Assembly (NCBI GenBank): GCA_002329335.1
Contig: DCTY01000072.1
Coordinates: forward strand, 23,305-87,304
Reading direction: 5' to 3'
DNA: 64,000 bases
Source of the DNA: Christensenella sp. UBA1428
GTDB lineage: Bacteria; Bacillota; Clostridia; Christensenellales; UBA1750
The translations under genes and the position numbers were made by a program. Under the pieces are notes generated by a model. The model was not told the DNA's origin. It worked only from the letters and a program-made list of their open reading frames with translations, and ran no database searches. Shown here piece after piece: positions 27,874 to 36,284 of this stretch; position 1 is the stretch's first letter; the number at the start of each line of letters is the position of its first letter.

Positions 27874-28707
27874 TTAGTATTGAATCCGCACGGCGCGGCA
27901 TACGCCGTTCAAATCGTTAAAAAACTGCATCGGACGGGCAAAAAGGCCAAAAATTGCCTCCTGCTGTCCCACGCCGAACTCCAAAAGCAGCGATGCGCCG
28001 CAATTAAGATATTGTGGCGCTTCCTGCGCCAGCCGGCGGTAAAAATCCAGCCCATCCGCCCCCGCAAAAAGCGCCAGCGGCGGATCAAAATCGGCAACCT
28101 CGCGCATCAGCGGCAGTCCGTTTGGAATATACGGCGGGTTGCATACAATCAGATCAAACCGTTCGCCCTGTACCGGCTCAAACAGATCGCCCTGCAAAAC
28201 GCGCACCGCAGCGCCATGCACGGCGGCATTGCGCGCCGCAGCCTGCACGCACGGCAAGGACAGATCCGACGCGGTTACGGCCAGCCCGCCCAGCTTTGCC
28301 AGGCACACGGCCAAAACGCCGCTGCCGGTGCAAAGATCCAGCGCCGTATGCGCGCCCGTTTCCCGGGCAGTCAAAAGCGCCTGTTCGCACAGGGTTTCCG
28401 TATCCGACCGCGGGATCAGCACCTGATCCGGCACCTCAAACGCCAAACCCATAAACCAGGCTTTCTTTAAGATGCGTCCAATGGGCTCTCCGGATGCGCG
28501 CCTGGCAATATAATCGTCATAACGCGCCGCCGTTTTGGCATCGACCGGCTGAGCGCCCTTTAGAAACAAATCGCCGCGTTCGCAGGACAGCAGCGCGCAC
28601 GCCAGCCAATCCGCGTCTGCCGCCGCATCCAGCACGCCCGCCTGCGTCAACGCCGCACGGCCTCTTTGCCGCAGCTGAAAAACCGTCATCTGAAAAACCG
28701 CCGTCAA
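27874..28707 (-). CDS. prmC: release factor glutamine N5-methyltransferase
   Basis: VCNPPYI motif, SAM-binding LDLCTGSG, and position next to prfA. Confidence 0.85.
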   Translation of the reverse strand: MTAVFQMTVFQLRQRGRAALTQAGVLDAAADADWLACALLSCERGDLFLKGAQPVDAKTAARYDDYIARRASGEPIGRILKKAWFMGLAFEVPDQVLIPRSDTETLCEQALLTARETGAHTALDLCTGSGVLAVCLAKLGGLAVTASDLSLPCVQAAARNAAVHGAAVRVLQGDLFEPVQGERFDLIVCNPPYIPNGLPLMREVADFDPPLALFAGADGLDFYRRLAQEAPQYLNCGASLLLEFGVGQQEAIFGLFARPMQFFNDLNGVCRAVRIQY

Positions 28708-29708
28708 ACCGATTGCGCGCAGGCATCGGCGTCCTGCGCCGTCTTTTCCCGGGCCGGTTCCGGCCGCTCCGCATCGGCGTCCGCTGCGGCATACCGGCCG
28801 TTTGTGCAGGCGTTAAACGCACAGATCGCAACCTCCAGCATGCCTTCGTCCGGCTCCCGCGTAGTCAGATTCTGCAGCCACATGCCCGGCGCGCGCAGCG
28901 CCCGCGCCAGCAGATTATCGCAGTGCCCCAGCCACTTGAGCAGCTCATAGGACACGCCCGCAACCACCGGCAAAAGCAGCAGCCGGCTTGCAAGCCGCGT
29001 CCACATATTGATATTGATGCCGAAAACCGAAAAAATCAAAATGCTCACGACCATCACAATCAGCAAAAACGCCGTGCCGCAGCGCGGATGCTGACGGGGA
29101 TATTTGCGTGCGTTTTGCGGCGTCAGCGCTTCGCCCGCCTCAAAGCAGGCGATGGTCTTATGCTCCGCGCCGTGATACATAAACGTCCTGCGGATTTCCT
29201 TCATCGCAGAGACGGCCAGCATATAGCCGATAAAGATCACCATGCGCACCGCGCCTTCCACCAGATTGACGGCAACGGCCGAGGCGATAAACCGTTTGAG
29301 CAGCTGCGCCACGAACGCCGGCAGCAGAAAAAACAGCCCGACCGCCAGCACCATGGCCACCACCATCGCCGCGCCCATAACCACCGCCTCGGTGGATTTT
29401 CCAAGCTTGGCCGCGAGCCATTTTTCAAACCGGCTGGGTTCTTCCTCCTCCAGCCCCAGCATGGCGGAGGATTTGCTGATGGTCTGATAGCCGATTTTAA
29501 GCATGGATACAAAGTTCACCACGCCGCGCACAACCGGCCAGCCCATCCATTTGTGCTTTTTGCTCAGCGCCGCGACCGGTTCGCTTTCCACCACGATTTG
29601 CCCGGACTCCCTGCGCACGGCAATGGCCATTTTTTCATCGGCCGGCGAGCGCATCATCACGCCTTCCAGAACCGCCTGGCCGCCGATGTCGGTATATTTA
29701 CTGGGCAT
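28704..29708 (-). CDS. DUF1385-family membrane protein (commonly linked to prmC/prfA)
   Basis: IGGQAVLEGVMMRSP N-terminus, HGAEHK motif and several TM helices. Start set to the ATG at 29708. Confidence 0.7.
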   Translation of the reverse strand: MPSKYTDIGGQAVLEGVMMRSPADEKMAIAVRRESGQIVVESEPVAALSKKHKWMGWPVVRGVVNFVSMLKIGYQTISKSSAMLGLEEEEPSRFEKWLAAKLGKSTEAVVMGAAMVVAMVLAVGLFFLLPAFVAQLLKRFIASAVAVNLVEGAVRMVIFIGYMLAVSAMKEIRRTFMYHGAEHKTIACFEAGEALTPQNARKYPRQHPRCGTAFLLIVMVVSILIFSVFGININMWTRLASRLLLLPVVAGVSYELLKWLGHCDNLLARALRAPGMWLQNLTTREPDEGMLEVAICAFNACTNGRYAAADADAERPEPAREKTAQDADACAQSV

Positions 29709-29786
29709 TGATACCTCCAGAAAATTCAAAAATACAGCTTTTGGATAGCACAAACCCCGTGGAGAAGCCACGGGGTATGCAAACCA

Positions 29787-29996
29787 CTAAATATTGTAGC
29801 GCTTCTTGAAACGATCCACACGTCCGCCGGTGTCCACCAGTTTCTGCTTGCCGGTATAGAAGGGATGGCACTTGGAGCAAATTTCCACGCGCAGCTCTTC
29901 TTTGGTCGAACCCACTTCGAAGGTTTCGCCGCACAGGCAGCGGACAGTCGCTACATGATACTTGGGATGGATGTTTTCTTTCATCGGTTTTTTCAC
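29787..29996 (-). CDS. rpmE: 50S ribosomal protein L31
   Basis: [10 protein letters not shown]... with CxC...CxxC (zinc-binding type A). Confidence 0.95.
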   Translation of the reverse strand: MKKPMKENIHPKYHVATVRCLCGETFEVGSTKEELRVEICSKCHPFYTGKQKLVDTGGRVDRFKKRYNI

Positions 29997-30268
29997 CTCT
30001 CTGGCCGGAAGGTCTAAGCAACCCGACGGGGTCGCTTAATCAACAGCTTTTTTATTATAACATGCCAAAACCAGAAAATCAAGCGTTTTTCACGCATTTT
30101 ATCGTGCCTGCGCCGTCTTGGAAATCCCGCCGATTTTCCGGAACCGTATTTTCCCCAATCTTTTGCAGAAAAGCGAATTATCCGCAAAAAAATCAGGAAG
30201 CCAGCCCTTTTCAATATGGTAAATTTCCTGTATAATAGAGCCATCAAATTCAAATTGGAGGATTGACC

Positions 30269-31498
30269 ATGAAAGGCGATCTTTACCAGTCCAACGTCAC
30301 CTCAAAAAAAGATCCGATCACCGGCGTTGAAGTGCTCCGGCTGACGGACAACAAGGGCATCTATGACCGGCCCTATTTCACCACCACCCAGTTTACCGCC
30401 GACAGCCGTTATACCATTTTCGCATCGGACTTTTCCGGCACCTCGGTGGTTAAAAACCCCGACGCGCCCGCCATCGGCAAGGTCGGCTTCGGCGAACTGT
30501 TTTCGCTGGACCTGACGACCGGCGCAATGCTTCAGCTGACCCAGGGCGAGGCCATCAAAATGGGTCACGGCTGTCACGCCGTGATCGCACCCTCCGGGAA
30601 AAAAGCGTATTATTACAGCAACGAAGAGCTTAAGCAGGTTGATCTTCAAACGCTGGAGAGCAAAACGCTCATGCATATCCCCTACACCAACTTTCACAGC
30701 CTGTCCATCACCAACGACGAGCGTTATCTGGCCTTTACCGTCGTAGAGGAGCTGCCGCTTTTGGCCTATCAGTTTGCGCAGATCAATCCGCAAAGCACGC
30801 CCGGCGCGCGCGAGCGCTTTTTCCGCGAGCCCACGAGCCTGGTAATCCGCTATGACCTTGAAAAAAACGACATGCATGTGGTCTGCGGCGGGCACCGGCG
30901 CATGACGCATGTCAGCTTAAAGCCCGACGACGGCGATTATATGCTCTATTGCCACGAAGGGCCGTGGGAATTGGTTCAGCGGATGTGGATGGTACGGGTC
31001 AGCACAGACGAGCATTGGCCGCTGATCCAGCAGCAGCGCAACCTGGAACGCGTGGGGCATGAATTTTTCACGCCTTCCGGCCGCGTCGGCACGCAGTATT
31101 CCTACCGCTACAAGGCAGACATGCCCTTCTTCGTTTTCGCCGATATTTACTGCGATTACGACGGCAAAAATGAAGAACGCTTCTATTATCCCCATACGCG
31201 CCCCGCGCATGTCAGCGTCGGCCCGGACGATCTGCTGGGGGTTGGCGACCGCGCACAGCTCACGGCCGATACGCCGCAAAGCGACAAGCTGCTTTCGCTC
31301 ATCCAGTACGATACGGCCGAGCATCGCGCGAATATCGGCGTAATCTGCCGGCACGATTCCTCCAACCGCAAAAGCGCGCACGTCCATCCGGTCTTTACGC
31401 CGGACGGTCAGCATGTCGTATTTTCCTCGGACGCAGACGGCCAGCTGAACATCTATATGGCGCCTGTTGCGCAAGACAAGGTCGTTTACCGTCTGTAA
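30269..31498 (+). CDS. oligogalacturonate lyase-family protein (PL22-like beta-propeller)
   Basis: The N-terminal pattern ...DPITGVEVLRLTD...YFTTTQFTADSRYTIF resembles oligogalacturonide lyases (from memory). GGAGG lies 8 nt upstream of the ATG at 30269. Confidence 0.55.
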   Translation: MKGDLYQSNVTSKKDPITGVEVLRLTDNKGIYDRPYFTTTQFTADSRYTIFASDFSGTSVVKNPDAPAIGKVGFGELFSLDLTTGAMLQLTQGEAIKMGHGCHAVIAPSGKKAYYYSNEELKQVDLQTLESKTLMHIPYTNFHSLSITNDERYLAFTVVEELPLLAYQFAQINPQSTPGARERFFREPTSLVIRYDLEKNDMHVVCGGHRRMTHVSLKPDDGDYMLYCHEGPWELVQRMWMVRVSTDEHWPLIQQQRNLERVGHEFFTPSGRVGTQYSYRYKADMPFFVFADIYCDYDGKNEERFYYPHTRPAHVSVGPDDLLGVGDRAQLTADTPQSDKLLSLIQYDTAEHRANIGVICRHDSSNRKSAHVHPVFTPDGQHVVFSSDADGQLNIYMAPVAQDKVVYRL

Positions 31499-31578
31499 TT
31501 GAAATTTAAAAAAGCCTGCTTTTGTCCGGTTCCAGCCGGGAAAGGCAGGCTTTCTTGATTTTCAAGGCCGATGATGAT

Positions 31579-32022
31579 TCACTCAAACGCCAAAGCGCCG
31601 CACAACCGCCGCAGCGCAGGCTGCGATCCGATCAGCACCATGCGCGCCCGGCCGTTTTGATACCGGAAGGAAAAACGCGGCCGTTCATATTGCGGATCGT
31701 TTACCAGCGGCAGCGTATAATCCAAAATATCCTGCACTTTCTGAGGTGATATCTGCGGCCAATCCAGAACCGTCAGCTGCTCAGCGCCGGATTGAATATA
31801 GGCATTTTTAAGGAAATCCGCAATCAGCGCGTCCTGTTTGGCTTTGATGCGCGCGCATACGGCAGGGGTATCGAAGAACTGCTGCACCTGCTGCGGCGAA
31901 AACCGCCACTTACCGTTTAGAAGCGTTCCGTTTAAAATACCCTTTTTCAAATCGCTGCGCAAGGTTCTGTCCGTAAGCCCCGTCATCTGCGCAAGCAGCG
32001 CAATATCATACGTTTTTTCCAT
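31579..32022 (-). CDS. MerR-like HTH domain protein
   Basis: The N-terminus YDIALLAQMTGLTDRTLRSDLKKG is MerR/HTH-like. The C-domain is unknown. Confidence 0.5.
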   Translation of the reverse strand: MEKTYDIALLAQMTGLTDRTLRSDLKKGILNGTLLNGKWRFSPQQVQQFFDTPAVCARIKAKQDALIADFLKNAYIQSGAEQLTVLDWPQISPQKVQDILDYTLPLVNDPQYERPRFSFRYQNGRARMVLIGSQPALRRLCGALAFE

Positions 32023-32453
32023 CACAGCCACCGAATAAACGCCGTTTTATCCTGGGCATTAAACCCTGCGCGCTGATAAAAGCGCAGCGTTTCGGCGTCC
32101 TTTGCGCCGGTCATCAACATGATTTTATAGCAATTGCGCTGTTTGGCCAGCGATGCTGCAAACGCCAGACAAGCCGTTGCCAATCCCTTTTTTCGCCACT
32201 GCGGATGGGTTACAACATTTTCAATCAGCGCATACGGCCGCTGATCATGGGTCAGGTTCGGCACAATCAGGCAGACGCAGGACGATATGATCCCGCCTTC
32301 TTCCTGCGCAACGACGATCTGATGGTTGGGATCGGCCATAATCTGCCGCCAAACCGCGCCAGTTTCGTCCCGGGAAGCCTGCCGCGTATCGTGCAGATGG
32401 GCGTACAGCGCCATCAGCCCGTCCAAATCCCCAGCGGCGGCCGTGCGGATCAT
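32022..32453 (-). CDS. GNAT-family N-acetyltransferase
   Basis: Acetyl-CoA binding motif THPQWRKKGLATACL. Confidence 0.75.
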   Translation of the reverse strand: MIRTAAAGDLDGLMALYAHLHDTRQASRDETGAVWRQIMADPNHQIVVAQEEGGIISSCVCLIVPNLTHDQRPYALIENVVTHPQWRKKGLATACLAFAASLAKQRNCYKIMLMTGAKDAETLRFYQRAGFNAQDKTAFIRWL

Positions 32454-33193
32454 TGCCCGTGCGCCAGCGGCGTCAAAAGCATCGTCACCGTCGGCGTGCC
32501 ATCCTGCTTACAGGCCATCAGGCTCAGGCCCTCCGGCGTTTCTTTTCTAAAAAAGCACAGCGTTTCCCCCTCATGGCTCTCATGCAGATAATGGATATTC
32601 ATCTCGCAGGCTTCCAGCGCGCTCAATTCGTTCTGAGTCAGCATGTCCAGCAAAAGCCGGCAGGAAACCGCGTTATTGGTATGATTGGACAGATCGATAT
32701 CCGAAGCGCGCAGCAAATGATCGTAGACAAAATCCGTTTCTTCAAACGCCGCCGTTACCCTTCGGTACGGTCCCTTTGCCGCACACTGATCCAAATAGTC
32801 CAGCTGCCGGGGATAGCAGGTGCTGTCCAACCGCCGCAGCTTATGGGTATCGCAGTCGAGCATGACCCACTGCGTGCGCGCCTGCACGCAAATATTGCCG
32901 TCGGAGACAATCGTACAGTTGCGGTCGCAGCTGATGGCGCTGGGCTGGTTTGGCCAGGTCTGAATCGTTGTCTGCTCAAACATCCGCGGCAAACGGGAAA
33001 CGACGATCTTCGTCTTGGTAATCGCCCAATAGGCATTGCTCTTTTCCCGCAATGTCGGTCCGTCCACACCCATACGCTCGGCATGCTCGGTTGAAACATC
33101 CTGAATCAGTACCGGCAGCTGACTGAGGCAAAGGCGCAGCTGCGGCCCGACCATGCTGGATTGGATTTTTTGAGTTTGTTCATAAAACTGCAT
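32450..33193 (-). CDS. acyl-ACP thioesterase-family protein
   Basis: 247 aa with double hot-dog-like organisation. The N-terminal region resembles FatA/B-type bacterial thioesterases (from memory). Confidence 0.55.
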   Translation of the reverse strand: MQFYEQTQKIQSSMVGPQLRLCLSQLPVLIQDVSTEHAERMGVDGPTLREKSNAYWAITKTKIVVSRLPRMFEQTTIQTWPNQPSAISCDRNCTIVSDGNICVQARTQWVMLDCDTHKLRRLDSTCYPRQLDYLDQCAAKGPYRRVTAAFEETDFVYDHLLRASDIDLSNHTNNAVSCRLLLDMLTQNELSALEACEMNIHYLHESHEGETLCFFRKETPEGLSLMACKQDGTPTVTMLLTPLAHGQ

Positions 33194-33290
33194 AGCTTGC
33201 TCCTTTTCCGGTCATCCATGTAAAAAAACAGAAGCGAAAGCTTGCGCCTTCGCTTCCGAATCATCGTTTTTTCTCGTATCCGACGCAGGA

Positions 33291-34394
33291 TCAGCCTAAA
33301 ATGCGCAGCGCCCAGCGGAACGCGCCGCTGTAAAAATCGGAAGAAAGGCTGTTCAGCTGCACCTTGCCGCCGCCGGAGCTGGCATGGATAAACTGATCGT
33401 TGCCAACATAAATGCCGCAGTGGTTAATGGCCACGGAACTGTTGCCGGTATTGAAGAACACCACATCGCCCACCTGGAGGCTTGAAATATTGTTGATCCT
33501 CGTGGCGTTTTCATACTGCGACTGCGCCGAAGAGGAAGTCGGCAGCGTCACACCGTAAGTTTTAAACGCATAATACACCAGGCCGGAGCAGTCAAACGCT
33601 TCCGTGCCGCGCGCGGCATACCGGTACGGCTTGCCAAGCTGTTCCAGCGCCAGCGATACCACGCTGGAAACCGGTACGCTTGTCCCCGAAATCACATTGC
33701 CAGAGCCCGTCTGGGTCGATACCGGCGCGCCGGTGTTGGCAATGGCGTTGTTGCTCATCAGCAGAGACGCCGTCGCATTGCCCAGTACGCCGTCCGGGGT
33801 CAGACCGTTGACCTGCTGGAACTTTTTAAGCGCCGTCTCGGTCATTTCACCAAAATAGCGGGTCGTTTCCGCAATGGAAAGATACCCCAGCGCCACCAGA
33901 CGCTCCTGTGCCAGCTTGACAAAGTCGCTCTTAACGCCCATCACCAGCGGCTCGGACAGCGTCACCCCGCTGCCGGTAATGCTGACCTGAACATCCACTT
34001 CCCGGGATGATTCTCCGTCCACAACATAAATTCCCTGAGAGGAAACATACGTCACCTGTCCCTGGGAACCCTCCGGTTCGCTCTGATACGCATCCACATC
34101 AAACAGCGCGCGGTATTCCGCCCCCAAAAGCGCGGTCAATGTCGCCTCTCCGGCAATGCCGTCGCACGCAAAACCGCTGGCCGCCTGAAACGCGCTGACC
34201 GCTTCCTGCGTAATTTCACCAAAATAACCGGTAACATACTTTTCATCCAGATATCCGTTGAGCCAAAGCGCATACTGCATCGCAACCACTGCGTCGCTCT
34301 GGCTGCCAAGAGAAAGCGCATAGCCTGGCTGCGCAAAGGCGGCCGCAGGAACAAGCAAACAAATAATCAATAAAAGCGCCAAAACACGTTTCAC
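33291..34394 (-). CDS. secreted cell-wall hydrolase: signal peptide, peptidoglycan-binding repeats, NlpC/P60 domain
   Basis: PG_binding-like modules (GYFGEITQEAVSAFQ..., FGEMTETALKKFQQVNGLTPDGVLG). The C-terminus has FDCSGLVYY...HCGIYVGNDQFIHAS. A GTG start at 34394 is preceded by GGAGGGAGG. Confidence 0.8.
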   Translation of the reverse strand: MKRVLALLLIICLLVPAAAFAQPGYALSLGSQSDAVVAMQYALWLNGYLDEKYVTGYFGEITQEAVSAFQAASGFACDGIAGEATLTALLGAEYRALFDVDAYQSEPEGSQGQVTYVSSQGIYVVDGESSREVDVQVSITGSGVTLSEPLVMGVKSDFVKLAQERLVALGYLSIAETTRYFGEMTETALKKFQQVNGLTPDGVLGNATASLLMSNNAIANTGAPVSTQTGSGNVISGTSVPVSSVVSLALEQLGKPYRYAARGTEAFDCSGLVYYAFKTYGVTLPTSSSAQSQYENATRINNISSLQVGDVVFFNTGNSSVAINHCGIYVGNDQFIHASSGGGKVQLNSLSSDFYSGAFRWALRILG

Positions 34395-34527
34395 GCGGAC
34401 GCCTCCCTCCACAAAACAACAACTTTATTTTTCAAAAAGCGGCAAAACACCCGCATCCGCAAAAAAACGTCTGCATCAGCGTCCCAAATAACCGCGCATT
34501 TGCGCGCATACTGCCCCTTACCCAAAA

Positions 34528-34556
34528 ATCATACTATGCCGGCAAAATTTTGTCAA
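34528..34556 (-). promoter_or_regulatory. consensus sigma-70 promoter for the NlpC/P60 gene
   Basis: On the minus strand: TTGACA, 17 nt, then TATGAT. This leaves a leader of about 130 nt before the start codon. Confidence 0.55.
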
Positions 34557-35001
34557 CCGTTCCAGCTTCTTCCACAACGATCCAAAAACGCCTGTTTCCC
34601 GGCATTTATCCACAAGATCTATGCAGGAAGCTCCCCGGCAGCCCCTACATCTTGTTGAAAAATTCGCCGCTGGATGCGAAAAAAATTTGCCAAGAAAATT
34701 ACAAACAAGAACGATTTCGCCCGGATATCAAACGCAATCCAACGGATTCATTTAAAAAATCCCCTCTCTGCTTGAAAATCAAACCAAACCCGTGCTTTAT
34801 GCGGCGTCACGCGCAATCAATATCAAAAGAATGATTGAAAAAACATCACGCAATGGGTTCCGACCGACTTCATTTTCACAGGATCTGCAAGCTAATCTGC
34901 GCAAGAACCCTGACGGCATCACAAAATTCCGCAGCGCAGGAAGGCGCCTCGGGGATCACCGATCGTTCAACGACTTTTGTGCGCCGTCGCGCACAATGCA
35001 A

Positions 35002-35032
35002 CAAAAAAGTCTGCCGAAAAACCCGACAGACT
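35002..35032 (-). terminator. rho-independent terminator of ddl
   Basis: Minus strand AGUCUGUCG-GGUUUUU-CGGCAGACU followed by UUUUUU. Confidence 0.65.
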
Positions 35033-35061
35033 TTGTGGTATGCGCCAGCACGTCAAAACGT

Positions 35062-36270
35062 TCAGCCCAGTTTTCCGCCGTTTTTTGCGCCGAGCTTCCC
35101 GCCCTTGAGCCCGCCGCCGTCGGCAAGCTTGGAAAGGATCTGGGAATCATAGGAAAAATTGTTCAGCTGTTTATCCGCATGCGCCTTCAGCGCCGCATCG
35201 ATCATCCGGTCCAGCAGCTGGCGATAGGAAATTCCCATGGGTTCAAACAGATAAAAGGCCAGCGATCCCGGAATGGTATTGACCTCGTTGATATACAAAT
35301 TGCCGTCGGTCCTGTCAATCATGTAATCCACGCGGATTACGCCCTTCATATCCAGGCGCTTGAACACATCCGCCGTCATTTTGGCAACCCGCTGGGTCAT
35401 CTGGGTGGAAATCGGCGCAGGAATCTTGCGCCGGAGCGACTGCATGCCCTTGACGCCCTTGCTTCCGCGCAGATATTTTTCGTCAAAGGTCAAAAATTCC
35501 TCCCAGGACACGGGCTGTTCACACAGCGAAACCGTCACATCGTCGCCGTAACCGACCGCGGCGCAGTTGACCTCGTCCAGCTCGGAAAGCCCCTGCTCCA
35601 CCAGGATCTTGCGATCGTAAGCCTTGGCAATCTCAACCGCCTCGATCAGCCCCTGACGATCCTGCGCCTTTGAAATGCCGATAGAGGATCCCAGGTTTGC
35701 AGGCTTGACAAAAACAGGATACCGGAGCGTATTTTCCACGCTGGCAATCATCGCCTCGCGGTTGGCGTCCCAGTCGCCCCGCGTAAACCAGCAATACGGC
35801 AAAACCGGCATGCCCGCGCCCTGGAAAAAGGTTTTCATGATGATCTTATCCATACCCACCGCGCTGCCAGCGATCCCCGGGCAGGCATAAGGGACGTTAT
35901 ACAGCTCCAGCATGCCCTGAACGGAACCGTCCTCGCCATTGACGCCATGAAATGCCGGTAATACCACGTCGATGGTGACCAGGGGGCGCTGCTTAAACAG
36001 GAACCCCCGCAGCGGATATTTGTACAATCCCAGCTGGCACGCGCCCACCGGCGCGGGAATCACGCGCGTCACCTCATAAGCCTCGTTCATCGGGCCGCTG
36101 TAGGAGGCGACGTTGAGCAGGCCGTCCCCGGTCCACCAGGCGCCGGTCCGATCGATATAAACCGGCACAACGGTGTGTTTCATATCGATATTTTGAATCG
36201 CCTGCAGCGCGGTCACGATCGACACGTCATGCTCGCAGGAACGGCTGCCGAAAAATACGCCCAATACCAT
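35062..36270 (-). CDS. ddl: D-alanine--D-alanine ligase, with a Gly/Lys-rich C-terminal tail
   Basis: MVLGVFFGSRSCEHDVS N-terminus and ATP-grasp body (EVNTIPG). Has an extra tail ...KLADGGGLKGGKLGAKNGGKLG. Confidence 0.85.
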   Translation of the reverse strand: MVLGVFFGSRSCEHDVSIVTALQAIQNIDMKHTVVPVYIDRTGAWWTGDGLLNVASYSGPMNEAYEVTRVIPAPVGACQLGLYKYPLRGFLFKQRPLVTIDVVLPAFHGVNGEDGSVQGMLELYNVPYACPGIAGSAVGMDKIIMKTFFQGAGMPVLPYCWFTRGDWDANREAMIASVENTLRYPVFVKPANLGSSIGISKAQDRQGLIEAVEIAKAYDRKILVEQGLSELDEVNCAAVGYGDDVTVSLCEQPVSWEEFLTFDEKYLRGSKGVKGMQSLRRKIPAPISTQMTQRVAKMTADVFKRLDMKGVIRVDYMIDRTDGNLYINEVNTIPGSLAFYLFEPMGISYRQLLDRMIDAALKAHADKQLNNFSYDSQILSKLADGGGLKGGKLGAKNGGKLG

Positions 36271-36284
36271 TTATGCTCACCTCG

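Noticed and set aside
28494-29711. 405-aa plus-strand ORF opposite DUF1385/prmC, and similar long antisense ORFs (for example 33-698, 24661-25698, 41250-42353, 62283-63305)
   Set aside because: All are antisense to genes with clear family signatures, are Arg/His/Pro-rich and lack start signals. They are high-GC frame artefacts.
34560-35000. c-di-AMP (ydaO/yuaA) riboswitch upstream of the NlpC/P60 gene
   Set aside because: Isolated resemblances such as GAACCCTGACGG and CGGGGATCACC are on the wrong strand and in the wrong order relative to the gene, and they lie upstream of the predicted promoter. This is not supported without a covariance-model hit.
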